This document shows positions 16,483 to 26,059 of a stretch of DNA of 64,000 bases, in pieces. A model generated the notes under the pieces. The model saw only the letters and a program-made list of their open reading frames with translations. It searched no databases and had not been told where the DNA came from. The DNA is from Candidatus Heimdallarchaeota archaeon (lineage in GTDB: Archaea; Asgardarchaeota; Heimdallarchaeia; Heimdallarchaeales; Heimdallarchaeaceae). The position numbers were made by a program, and so were the translations under genes. Every line of letters begins with the position of its first letter. Position 1 is the stretch's first letter. The stretch spans positions 115,799-179,798 of the forward strand of contig JAEOTE010000007.1 of the NCBI GenBank assembly GCA_016839945.1, read 5' to 3'.

Positions 16483-17907
16483 TTAATGTTTCCCAGCTAA
16501 TGTTTCTTGAACATTGAGAATTTGTATAGTGTTAGTTTTACCAGCTAAACCAACTATGGAACCTGCAACAAGAACAACATTATCTTCAGGATTAATTAAT
16601 TCTTCAGATTGAAGTTTGTGAATAGAGCTATATACAAGTTGTTCATATTCAGTTTCATAATGATGCAAGATAGGCTTAACTCCCCATAATAACCTTGTAG
16701 ATCTCAAAGTTGTTTGAGCTGGAGTTACTACATATATTGGAATTGGAATTCTATTTCTTGAAACCATTCTTGCTGAATAACCTGTTTGAGTTAGTGCGAT
16801 TATTGCTTTGGCAGACATTCTCTTTCCTAAATTCACAGCAGCTTGGCCTGTTTCAAAACCAATTGGATTCTCTTCACTTATCAAATCTGGAACTGTACAA
16901 TTGAAGTTCTTTTCTGCTTCATTAATAATATCTTTCATTACTCTTACTACTTGAAGAGGGTATTTTCCTGTTGCCGTTTCTGAAGACAGCATGAGAGCAT
17001 CAGCTCCATCAAAGACAGCATGTGCAACATCACTAGCTTCTGCTCTTGTTGGTATTGATTCTTTGGTCATAGATTCAAGCATCTGAGTAGCAACTATTAC
17101 AGGTTTGGCATAAGACATTCCTAGATTAATCAGATTTTTCTGAACAACAGGAACTTTAGCAGGACCAACCTCAATAGCTAAATCACCTCGAGCCACCATT
17201 AATCCATTACTATATTTTAAGATCTCTTTGATATTTGTCAATGCATCTTGATGTTCAATTTTTGCAATAAGTGGAATTGGTTTCTTTAATGATGTTTCAA
17301 CAATTTCATTCACTTTCTTCAAGTCATCAATACATCGTACAAAAGAAACAAAAAGGAAATCAGTTTCCAAACTGCATGCTTTTTCTATATCTAAGAGATC
17401 TTTTTCAGTTGGTACATGAATAGATAAATCAGCATCGGGAACGTTAATTCCCTTATGAGAAGAAATTTCCCCACCATCAATAACAACACAATCGATTAGA
17501 TTATTTTCTATTGATTGGACTTTTAGTTTTATAAAACCATCATTTATGAAGATGAATGAACCTTTCTTAACCTCTTCTGGAAGTGATGGATAATTAACTG
17601 GAAGAAGTGTTTTTGTACCAACAATTTTATCTGAAGTTAGTTGAATTCTATCATTTTCAACAAGGTCAAATTTTTCTTCTAATTTACCAAGACGGATTTT
17701 GGGACCACTTATATCAATAGCTATAGCTAAAGAATCACTTAGTTCTCTTAATTTGTTAAAAACTGTTTCATGAGTATTATGGTCACCATGCGAGAAATTT
17801 AATCTTGCAATATCCATCCCCTCAGAAATCAATTGCTGAAGTGTATCTTCTGAACTAGAAGAAGGCCCTATTGTGCAAACTATTTTTGTTAATCTCAAAT
17901 CTATCAA
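16483..17907 (-). CDS. pyk: Pyruvate kinase
   Basis: TKIVCTIGP, RLNFSHG, GPKIR, KIE, MVARGDL, ATQMLESM, PTRAEASD, MLSSETATGKYP. Confidence 0.97.
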   Translation of the reverse strand: MIDLRLTKIVCTIGPSSSSEDTLQQLISEGMDIARLNFSHGDHNTHETVFNKLRELSDSLAIAIDISGPKIRLGKLEEKFDLVENDRIQLTSDKIVGTKTLLPVNYPSLPEEVKKGSFIFINDGFIKLKVQSIENNLIDCVVIDGGEISSHKGINVPDADLSIHVPTEKDLLDIEKACSLETDFLFVSFVRCIDDLKKVNEIVETSLKKPIPLIAKIEHQDALTNIKEILKYSNGLMVARGDLAIEVGPAKVPVVQKNLINLGMSYAKPVIVATQMLESMTKESIPTRAEASDVAHAVFDGADALMLSSETATGKYPLQVVRVMKDIINEAEKNFNCTVPDLISEENPIGFETGQAAVNLGKRMSAKAIIALTQTGYSARMVSRNRIPIPIYVVTPAQTTLRSTRLLWGVKPILHHYETEYEQLVYSSIHKLQSEELINPEDNVVLVAGSIVGLAGKTNTIQILNVQETLAGKH

Positions 17908-17972
17908 AATAAAGTTCTCAATTAGTAATAAAATTCTTCCGCAAAAAGATAGAAAGCATTAAAAATAAGCGA

Positions 17973-19343
17973 GTGCTATATTTTTTTGTTATGGACTCCA
18001 ATTCTTCAAAACCTGTTTCTGTTAAAGCAAATTATGTTGTTCCAGATGACGTTGAACTCCCCAATTTTGATTTCGAGAACCTTATAATAGAGCACTATAA
18101 GAAATATCCTAGAACAGCTGCTCTAGTGGAGAATCCCACATATGTTAAAGCTATAATGCAACCTTTTAGAAAGTTTTACTTGGTCCCTTTAGCTTTATTT
18201 AAACTAAAACTAAACACAATTCTTTCCTTGAGATGGAAAGAATATCTCAAGTTATGGATATATGTTGTAATAATGTTTATACCAACATTACTTTTTACAA
18301 TCATACCTTTAGAAAAAGCTTTTGAAGGTTTTTCAACAAGTAGATGGATTGCTGATATACTTTTTAATGTAGGAATACCTATACTTATTGCTATTCTACT
18401 CTCATTGTTTTATTTGAAATACACACATGATGGATTTTTGGGATTAACTTTGGCAAAAAGAATTGAATGGCTAGAGAAACCTGTAAGGGAATATTATACA
18501 AAATATTATGATCGAAAACTTCCTAAGAACCCATTTATTATTTTAGCATCTCTTGCTACAGGAATTGGAATACAAATTCCATTGATACAGTTTTCAAATG
18601 CAAATGGGTATAATGCAGCTGCGGCTTTTGGAATCATTGCTTGTATCTTTAACCCTGTACTATTCTATATTTTCTTCGTAGCCTCTTATTATATGATTAT
18701 CAACACAAGATTGTATTCAAAAGTTCTCAAACCTATTAAGGATAGAATTAAAACATATATGAAAGAATATGGAACTCTATTGAACAGAGAAAATTATGAC
18801 ATTATTTGGTCTTTGGGAGACAAATGGAGTAAAGGTCGTTCAATTCGTCAACTAGAAAACATTCCAACAGCAGGTATTCTATCTACTTTGATAATAATAA
18901 TAGCTATGGGGATGGGTAATGCAAATGAACTAATTTATGCCTTAGCTGGTGAAATGCCTTTAGTTAATTTTGAATTTCTTTTCATCCATGTGGGGCAACC
19001 TGTAACAGTACTAGTAGTAACGATTTCAGCGCTTGTAGCTGCATTAATGGTATTAGTCGTTTTGTTACCTCTAATTATATTTCATTCTAGAATGAAGAAA
19101 TTCAAAATCAAAGCTTTAATGGAACTTGATAATTATATTTTCGCAAATGTTGTTGAGTTTGAAATAAGGTATGCTGAAGTGGCTAAGCAAGAAAATGTAA
19201 CAATGTTTCAGCTTCGTGAATACATAGCTTCAATGCGAACGTTTCCTATTTCAACTTCAAAGTTGTTTAGAACAATAATGGCGGTAATTATCTGGATCTT
19301 GAATATGTTGAAGATTATCAGATCAGTAGGAGGAGGATTATAG
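17973..19343 (+). CDS. Polytopic membrane protein of unknown function (likely start ATG 17991)
   Basis: About 6-7 hydrophobic segments; stop abuts the ATG of the next gene, with GGAGG SD inside its 3' end. Confidence 0.8.
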   Translation: MLYFFVMDSNSSKPVSVKANYVVPDDVELPNFDFENLIIEHYKKYPRTAALVENPTYVKAIMQPFRKFYLVPLALFKLKLNTILSLRWKEYLKLWIYVVIMFIPTLLFTIIPLEKAFEGFSTSRWIADILFNVGIPILIAILLSLFYLKYTHDGFLGLTLAKRIEWLEKPVREYYTKYYDRKLPKNPFIILASLATGIGIQIPLIQFSNANGYNAAAAFGIIACIFNPVLFYIFFVASYYMIINTRLYSKVLKPIKDRIKTYMKEYGTLLNRENYDIIWSLGDKWSKGRSIRQLENIPTAGILSTLIIIIAMGMGNANELIYALAGEMPLVNFEFLFIHVGQPVTVLVVTISALVAALMVLVVLLPLIIFHSRMKKFKIKALMELDNYIFANVVEFEIRYAEVAKQENVTMFQLREYIASMRTFPISTSKLFRTIMAVIIWILNMLKIIRSVGGGL

Positions 19344-20483
19344 ATGTCTTGGTTAAAACGCAAACTTTTCAAGAAGAAGATTTCTGTAGCTATTATTGGA
19401 GTAGGTAATGCTGGATGTAGAATAGGAGAACAAATTATTCATCACCTTAGGGAGAGCAAAATCACAGTAAAATCATTAGCTATAAATCATGAAGATAATT
19501 TTCATCCAAAAATCAATAATTATTCAGATGAATTCTGGTTTGGATCAAAGAAGAATCTATCATCAAACTATGAGTTAGAAGATGCAATGAGTGATTTGAA
19601 GAAAAAGGAAATAGATTTACGAGACAAACTTGAGAAAGTTGTTTTTTACAAACGAGATGATAGAAGAAGTGATGATGATTTAGCTTTGCATCTTATTGTA
19701 GGAAGTGGAGGAGGTACTGGTAGTGCAGGATCTATGATTGCTAGTAATCTAATTACTGATATAGTAGGTGATCCCCCCACTGTAATCTTTGTAGTTCCTG
19801 AAAAAGATGAACCATCACTAGTTCAATATAACGCTGCAAAAGCTCTCTTCCACTTAGGATTCGACTTAAAAGGTCCTTATTGCCCAGTAATTCTCTTTGA
19901 TAATGAAAAACTATTGAATTTTTATTCAGATGAACAGATTGAGCAAGCTCTTGAAAAGAGTAATGAAATACTAGCAGAGACTTTAACAACTACAATTCTT
20001 GCTGCTTTACAAGAAAGCACTCATGAAGAGTATAATGCTAATCTCAAAGATTTCTTTAGCTCCTTCACAAGAGAAGCTAGAGGATTAGGAGTGATTGTTT
20101 CTCTTGACAAAGAATTTGAAACTTTAGAAATAGCTCAAAATATCAGATTTTCTGATCTTTTCTTCGGTGAATTAGATGAAAATTCAAGCTTGACAGCTGA
20201 TGTAACAAGGGCAAAACTTGGATATTTAACAATTTCAACACCAACAACTTATCAATCAACGTTCGAAACAAGAAAAATAGTAAAGAAATTTGAAAGAGGA
20301 GATATTAAAGCAGCTCTCAACTCGATAGATGAACCATTTCTTACAATTAGAGGAATCTTAACAGGTATTCATCCGGATTATGTTGATCGGTTCTGGGAAA
20401 TACTGGAAAAGGGAAGAGATAGCAGAAAAAATATTCTAGAAATTGAATCAAAAATAAGAGAATCCTATATAAGTTTAACATAG
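19344..20483 (+). CDS. Divergent tubulin/FtsZ/CetZ-superfamily GTPase
   Basis: T1 IIGVGNAG, T4 GSGGGTGSAG, T5 VVPEKDE, YNA, T6 LFDNEKL, T7-equivalent NANLKD; basic/aromatic N-terminus MSWLKRKLFKKK. Confidence 0.88.
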   Translation: MSWLKRKLFKKKISVAIIGVGNAGCRIGEQIIHHLRESKITVKSLAINHEDNFHPKINNYSDEFWFGSKKNLSSNYELEDAMSDLKKKEIDLRDKLEKVVFYKRDDRRSDDDLALHLIVGSGGGTGSAGSMIASNLITDIVGDPPTVIFVVPEKDEPSLVQYNAAKALFHLGFDLKGPYCPVILFDNEKLLNFYSDEQIEQALEKSNEILAETLTTTILAALQESTHEEYNANLKDFFSSFTREARGLGVIVSLDKEFETLEIAQNIRFSDLFFGELDENSSLTADVTRAKLGYLTISTPTTYQSTFETRKIVKKFERGDIKAALNSIDEPFLTIRGILTGIHPDYVDRFWEILEKGRDSRKNILEIESKIRESYISLT

Positions 20484-20525
20484 ACGAAAAGGAAATCTCT
20501 TATAAACCACTTTGATGATAGAAAA

Positions 20526-21509
20526 TTGAACATAATGAGTGATAAGAGTATTTGCCCTAGTTGTAATAGGGAAATTAAACCTACATCAAAATTTTGTAAA
20601 TTCTGTGGAGTAACACTGAAATCTTGCCCTTCATGTAATGAGTTTAATAAGGTGGAAGATGCTTTTTGTGGGTCATGTGGAGAAGATATTAGCAAATTGA
20701 TTATACCCATACCTCATAGAAAGGAAAGTGAAGATTCAGCTTATGCGCCAATAATTGAAGAAATAGAAGAAGGTGAAAAAAGACCAAAATTAGTAGTTTG
20801 GCCACCACAATATGCAGAGGCTAGACCACAAATACAACCAAAACCTACTCCTGAATTATTTGAAGAGGGAACCCAATATGAACCTACAAAAGTTCAATAT
20901 CAGTATAGTAAAGTTAAACCAATTGGATTTTTAGGAGGACCATTACCAACTTCGAATGTTCTAAGTGTAACACTTGAAGCTTTTGGACTAGCGTTAGCTC
21001 TTGTGGCAGCTGGAATTGTGATTGTAAGCATTGGTTTTGCATTCTTCGAGTATCTAGTGTTTCCAGTAATAACTGGAATTTTGGGAGGAGCTCTACTCTT
21101 ATCCGCACCATTTTTTGGAATCTATTATGTGAGTTCTAACTGGCTTTACAAAGCTTTTCAAATCAAGAGACCTGTAAAAATAAGAACAGTAATCCTGAAT
21201 TATACATTAGGAACATTGTTATTTGCCATATTTGGTATGATGTTAGCACCAATCTTTATACAAGGAGGAGCACTAGCTATTACTTTTTCAGTAGTAGGTG
21301 GAATAGTATATCTTATGGGATTAATAGTAATTCCATTAAAAGCATATCTTGCTGATTTGGTTTATGTTAAAGCTGCAATGAAGCATAGAGATAAAGAAGA
21401 GGAAGATAAAGCACAAGAAGAAAAAGACGTTGAAGAAATAGAGAAAAAAGAAGAGAAGGGAAAAAAGGAAGTTAAAACTTCTAAGAAGAAAAAGGAGAAG
21501 AAAAAGTAG
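20526..21509 (+). CDS. Double zinc-ribbon membrane protein with charged C-terminal tail
   Basis: CPSC-CKFC-CPSC-CGSC, Pro/Glu linker, 4 TM segments, E/K-rich tail; likely start ATG 20535. Confidence 0.8.
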   Translation: MNIMSDKSICPSCNREIKPTSKFCKFCGVTLKSCPSCNEFNKVEDAFCGSCGEDISKLIIPIPHRKESEDSAYAPIIEEIEEGEKRPKLVVWPPQYAEARPQIQPKPTPELFEEGTQYEPTKVQYQYSKVKPIGFLGGPLPTSNVLSVTLEAFGLALALVAAGIVIVSIGFAFFEYLVFPVITGILGGALLLSAPFFGIYYVSSNWLYKAFQIKRPVKIRTVILNYTLGTLLFAIFGMMLAPIFIQGGALAITFSVVGGIVYLMGLIVIPLKAYLADLVYVKAAMKHRDKEEEDKAQEEKDVEEIEKKEEKGKKEVKTSKKKKEKKK

Positions 21510-21576
21510 AATATCATAATAGTCATATTCATCGAAAAAAATAAATAGGTTTTACCTTTGAATGGAGTGAGTAAAA

Positions 21577-22146
21577 ATGAGTGAAAACACTTCTGATGCA
21601 ATTTATAAAATAATTAAAGAAAGAAGAAGTATTAGATCCTTTAAGGATCAAGAAATTCCTGAAAGTAACATCAAAAAAATCTTAGAAGCGGGTTGGATGG
21701 CTCCTAGTGCAGGAAATAGACAACCTGTGGAATTAATTATTGTGAAAGATAAAGCAACAAAACAAAAATTATCAGCACAAAGATTTGTAGATGAATCTCC
21801 TTTACTAATTGCTGTAGTTGTTAATCTGGAACGAACAAAGTCTAGATATGGTGAAAGAGGACAAAGGATGTATATTTATCATGATTCAGGAGCTGCAATT
21901 CAGAACATGTTACTTATGAGTAAATCATTAGGTTTAGGATCATGTTGGATAGGAGCTTTTAATGACGAAAGAGTATCAAGGTTTCTTGAATTACCTGAAC
22001 ATGTTTTACCTATGGCCTTGATTACTATTGGTTATCCAAACGAAGATCCAGATCTTCCTAGAAAGATACCTTTAGACAAAATAACACATGAAGAAAAATA
22101 TGAGGAGCAAAAAATCAAAGATTATCTAATGTCTCTTGTTGATTAG
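21577..22146 (+). CDS. Nitroreductase family protein
   Basis: RRSIRSF, APSAGNRQP, AIQNMLL..GLGSCWIG, ITIGYP. Confidence 0.95.
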   Translation: MSENTSDAIYKIIKERRSIRSFKDQEIPESNIKKILEAGWMAPSAGNRQPVELIIVKDKATKQKLSAQRFVDESPLLIAVVVNLERTKSRYGERGQRMYIYHDSGAAIQNMLLMSKSLGLGSCWIGAFNDERVSRFLELPEHVLPMALITIGYPNEDPDLPRKIPLDKITHEEKYEEQKIKDYLMSLVD

Positions 22147-22158
22147 CTTTGAGTTTTT

Positions 22159-22743
22159 TTACCCTATTTTTTGCAAAAGTTTTACTTTCTGAGCGGAATC
22201 ATCAGTTTCCACAATTCCATTATTGCGTAAATCATGCAAAGCTCTGATGATAGCTGCAGGGGTAAAACCTGTTGTTTTAACTAGTTCATCTCGTGTCCAT
22301 TCTTCTTTATCAGCAACACCTTGAAGGAGAAGGAGAATTTTAGTATGAGGATTTGCAGCAAAAACTTTCTCAAATAGAATTGTATAAATTGCTAATAACT
22401 CTTGGAGATCTATTTCTTGTGCTCTTTCTTGAGTCATTTCTTCATACATTTTTCTAAGACCTGACATCTGCTCTTCAACGCTTTGTAGCTGTGCTTTATA
22501 TTCTGCTGCTTCTTTTTGTAACCCTGTTACTTTACCGTCTTTTGAATTGTATTCATCTTGAAGTTGTGTAAACTTATTATCGATTTCCTTTAGTCTATTT
22601 TTTAAATCAGCATTTTCTTTTACTATGTCGTCAGAGAAATTTGATAGTTTTGAGAGAACTGAAGGTAATTTTTCAAACTTATCTTTGATTTGTGAATAAA
22701 GCTCAATGAATTCTTCTAGAGGAGTTTTACCAGTTGCTTCCAT
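22159..22743 (-). CDS. Coiled-coil protein with C-terminal winged helix
   Basis: Heptad-rich aa ~10-110; WTRDELVKTTGFTPAAIIRALHDLRNNGIVE wHTH pattern. Confidence 0.75.
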   Translation of the reverse strand: MEATGKTPLEEFIELYSQIKDKFEKLPSVLSKLSNFSDDIVKENADLKNRLKEIDNKFTQLQDEYNSKDGKVTGLQKEAAEYKAQLQSVEEQMSGLRKMYEEMTQERAQEIDLQELLAIYTILFEKVFAANPHTKILLLLQGVADKEEWTRDELVKTTGFTPAAIIRALHDLRNNGIVETDDSAQKVKLLQKIG

Positions 22744-22844
22744 AATGGTTACTTATTTCATAAAACACTATTTTAACTTTATGTCCGTTTAATGGATTCT
22801 CACATGCGAAAATTTATTATAGAATCTTTTTTAGCAGTTGAGAT

Positions 22845-23549
22845 ATGGATACAATTATTCTTTGTGGGGGTCTAGGCACACGAATCAGAACTATAACAAA
22901 AGATAGTCTACCTAAAGCTATGATTCAATTATCAGGTAAAACGATTTTAGAATGGGAACTCAATTGGCTGAGAAAGAATAATATTCAGCATGCAATTTTA
23001 GCTGTTAGGCACCTTGCTGCATATATAGAAGAGCAATTTGGTAGAGTATATGAAACTGAATATGGTGAGATAGAGATTAGTTATAGTATAGAAAGGGAGA
23101 AATTGGGATCAGGAGGAGCAGTTCTTTTAGCTAATCAATTTGTCTCAAGCAAAAATGCAATCATAATGAATGGAGATATAATTACAAATTTTGATCTTTC
23201 TGAGATGATAACGATGCACATTACTAGTGAAATTGAAGGAACTATTGCAGTTGTAAAAATGCGAAGTCCTTATGGCATCGTTGAAATAGAAGATAAGAAA
23301 AAAATATCGGAATTTAGAGAAAAGCCTATTCTTGATCATTGGATTCATGCAGGGGTGGATGTTTTTGCCAAAGATGTTCTTGAATCATTCCCAGAGAAAG
23401 GTCAAATGGAAGAGACTATTTTTGTAGAAATGGCTGAAAAGAAGGAACTTATTGCTTATAGAGTAAACCCAGAATATTATTGGAGAAGTATAGATAATCC
23501 AAAAGATCTGCAAGAAGCAGAGAAAGAGTGGAAAGGATTAGATGGATAA
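22845..23549 (+). CDS. Sugar-phosphate nucleotidyltransferase (NTP_transferase family)
   Basis: ILCGGLGTR..LPKAM, LGSGGA, NGDI, FREKP, WRSID. Confidence 0.92.
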   Translation: MDTIILCGGLGTRIRTITKDSLPKAMIQLSGKTILEWELNWLRKNNIQHAILAVRHLAAYIEEQFGRVYETEYGEIEISYSIEREKLGSGGAVLLANQFVSSKNAIIMNGDIITNFDLSEMITMHITSEIEGTIAVVKMRSPYGIVEIEDKKKISEFREKPILDHWIHAGVDVFAKDVLESFPEKGQMEETIFVEMAEKKELIAYRVNPEYYWRSIDNPKDLQEAEKEWKGLDG

Positions 23550-24371
23550 TAACGGACTATTTTGAGATGGATCCCAATCAAACCTTTTTTGATAAAAAGA
23601 GTTCTTAAATCCTAAATTTTGATAGAGTTTTTCAGCTCCACTTCCCCTTTGAACCTGCAAACAGAAATTTGCTGAAGGATTATCATCTATTACTGATTTC
23701 ATATAGTTGGACATCATAATCTTAGCATACCCTCTTCTACGATAGCGGTGTCTAGTACCAACACCATAAAAACCGTGAAATGGGAGATTTTTATGTGTAC
23801 AAAAGCATCCAACATCTTTTCCATCAACATATCCTATGTAGAATTCTACTTGGTTTTCAATTTGAGTTGTAACCATTTGCGAAATATATTTTCGAAGATG
23901 TTTTGGATAACTAAAAGAATCAAAAAAAACATCAACCCATTTACTCAATTTCTTGGAAGAGAGTAATTCTAATTCCAACAGATTATTAGGGATTAGGAAT
24001 GAATTCTCATCACTTTTCCAAGTCATCAGAGAGATGTCTTGATAAAACGCTATGAATTTTTTCTGACGAAGTATCTTCGAATTAGTCTGAAATAAATCAT
24101 CAACATAGTGCTTAATTATAAAATATTCCTTACCATCAGAAAAGAATGAAAAAGAGAAATTAAGGAATTCTGAGAAGTTCTTTTCTCCATATAATGTAGG
24201 AGTTACATAACTGTAAGTTTCAATTGATTTATTCTTGATAAAATAGCCTAATTCATTTTTTACACTTTCAGAGTCTGGCATGAAGTAATAGAACTCATAT
24301 TCATTTAAATCAAGAAACATCCTATCTTCATTTAAGTTTTCATTATTTTTCATTCTTCTAATCTTTATCAT
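23538..24371 (-). CDS. GNAT family acetyltransferase
   Basis: VGTRHRYRRRGYA acetyl-CoA motif, LYQNLGF. Confidence 0.85.
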   Translation of the reverse strand: MIKIRRMKNNENLNEDRMFLDLNEYEFYYFMPDSESVKNELGYFIKNKSIETYSYVTPTLYGEKNFSEFLNFSFSFFSDGKEYFIIKHYVDDLFQTNSKILRQKKFIAFYQDISLMTWKSDENSFLIPNNLLELELLSSKKLSKWVDVFFDSFSYPKHLRKYISQMVTTQIENQVEFYIGYVDGKDVGCFCTHKNLPFHGFYGVGTRHRYRRRGYAKIMMSNYMKSVIDDNPSANFCLQVQRGSGAEKLYQNLGFKNSFYQKRFDWDPSQNSPLLSI

Positions 24372-24471
24372 TTTCTGGAAAAATAAATGTATCCTTTCAT
24401 TTCAAATTAGAAGTTTTTTTCATTTAGCAAAAAACATTTAAAGCAACAAATTCTTTGCAGTTTGAAATCGT

Positions 24472-24771
24472 ATGAGTTCTAAATGGAAAGAAGAAACCAG
24501 AAAGGATTTCATTAAAAACACTGTTCGTGGTGTCATAGGAGTTTTAATTCTAGTTATTCTATTGGTTATTAAATTAACTTGGGAAGGAATATATAATTGG
24601 TTTTATACAAAAGTAGCTCCAGGTGCAAACACATCAGGGGGAATGTGGCAAGATCCACTCTTATTATTTAGTCTATTACTACTTATTCCTGTTTTAGCCT
24701 GTGGAGTGGCTTTAACTATAAGTGGAGGATGGAAGGCATATAGATTAGCTGTTCCACCAAAAGAAGAATAA
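24472..24771 (+). CDS. Small 2-TM membrane protein
   Basis: Two hydrophobic segments; fills an intergenic gap. Confidence 0.7.
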   Translation: MSSKWKEETRKDFIKNTVRGVIGVLILVILLVIKLTWEGIYNWFYTKVAPGANTSGGMWQDPLLLFSLLLLIPVLACGVALTISGGWKAYRLAVPPKEE

Positions 24772-24838
24772 ACTTACTTTAGGTTTTAAATCTATTTCAT
24801 ACAGAAAAGTAATTATTTTTGATTTTTTAGCATCAAGT

Positions 24839-25288
24839 ATGGAAAGAATAGATAAGAATCTGGAGTATAATGAATTCTGCTTTGGTTGCGGAGAAGACAA
24901 CCCAATAGGTGCAAAACTTGATTTTTTCAAAATTTCTGATGATAGTGTAAAATCTAATTTTCTTGTTCCAGATACTTGGTGTGGTTGGGGAAAAATTATT
25001 CACGGTGGTTTACAGACCGTCTTACTAGACGAAGTATCTGCATGGGTTATTGTAGCATTACTTAAAGAACAAGGATTAACAATTAAGGCTCAAATAGAGT
25101 TTTTCAAACCTTTATATGTGGAAGAAGAAGTGGAAATTCTAGGTAAGGTTGAAAAAGTAGATGAGCGAGACATAACAATAACTAGTGTATTAAAAAACAA
25201 AACTGGAGAAACATGTACTAAAGGGACATTTGTTTATAGAAAAGTTGAGATGGATAAAATCAAAAAAGTTGCTAAGATCCCGCTTTAG
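24839..25288 (+). CDS. PaaI-type hotdog-fold thioesterase
   Basis: CFGCGEDNPIG, IHGG...LLDE. Confidence 0.92.
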   Translation: MERIDKNLEYNEFCFGCGEDNPIGAKLDFFKISDDSVKSNFLVPDTWCGWGKIIHGGLQTVLLDEVSAWVIVALLKEQGLTIKAQIEFFKPLYVEEEVEILGKVEKVDERDITITSVLKNKTGETCTKGTFVYRKVEMDKIKKVAKIPL

Positions 25289-25497
25289 CAACTATCATGA
25301 AATATAGCTACAGTTGGACAGGATGTTACACATGCGCAACATTCTATACAATCATCTACGTTATCTGCATAGGATTTACCATCCTTAATAACAAATACAT
25401 CTGAAGGACAAACATCCACACAATCAGCAGCTCCTGTGCATTTATCAAAATCGATTTTTATTACCCAATCATCTGAAACAAATTCTTTAACTGACAT
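25285..25497 (-). CDS. Dicluster ferredoxin (probably 7Fe: 3Fe-4S plus 4Fe-4S)
   Basis: CTGAADCVDVCP (second Cys replaced by Ala) and CIECCACVTSCP. Confidence 0.9.
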   Translation of the reverse strand: MSVKEFVSDDWVIKIDFDKCTGAADCVDVCPSDVFVIKDGKSYADNVDDCIECCACVTSCPTVAIFHDSC

Positions 25498-25557
25498 AAT
25501 TATCAGAATGTGTTCTGTTTCCTTGCTTTTATATTTTCCTCCATGTCGTATAGATTT

Positions 25558-25977
25558 CTAGCAAAGACCGCAAGGAACTAGTGTAGGTACTGTTGCTGCA
25601 AGAATGGTGAAAATTATCTGTAGAATAGAAATTACAAGTAAACTGTAAAGCAAAATCTTAGAAATAGGTAAAGTGAATTCTTCATTTCCTTTCTTAATAA
25701 AATATGTATGTATTGAAAAAGCGAATATACCTCCTAGTGATAAAACAAAGGAGAATATTGCACCAATTACACTTGCTAGATAGAATTCTATCATTCCATA
25801 TAAGATCAAAGCAAGCATTGGAATGTGGATAATAACAAAGAGAGTAATTCCTCCTTTCATTTTGAATAATTCCCACTCTTTCCAATATGCTGATTCAATC
25901 TCATGACAGATTAATAATATTGCATTAACGAAATATAACCAAAAAGCAATTATCAGGGCAATTTCTGAAAAAACCAT
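25558..25977 (-). CDS. Small 4-TM membrane protein (DUF6713-like)
   Basis: HEIESAYWKEWELF, H-containing TM helices. Confidence 0.7.
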   Translation of the reverse strand: MVFSEIALIIAFWLYFVNAILLICHEIESAYWKEWELFKMKGGITLFVIIHIPMLALILYGMIEFYLASVIGAIFSFVLSLGGIFAFSIHTYFIKKGNEEFTLPISKILLYSLLVISILQIIFTILAATVPTLVPCGLC

Positions 25978-26059
25978 AATATAAGATAACTTTACTAAAA
26001 AATAAGTTTTACTTAAAAATGCGCAAAGTATTTGATATCATACATAATATGTTATATTT

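Noticed and set aside
19344-20483. Calling this gene ftsZ, cetZ or true tubulin
   Set aside because: It lacks the FtsZ GAG T3 loop and NxDxxD T7, and no tubulin-specific C-terminal features were recognised; only superfamily membership is supported.
21380-21509. Purine-rich low-complexity stretch as a DNA repeat
   Set aside because: It simply encodes the Glu/Lys-rich tail of the zinc-ribbon membrane protein.
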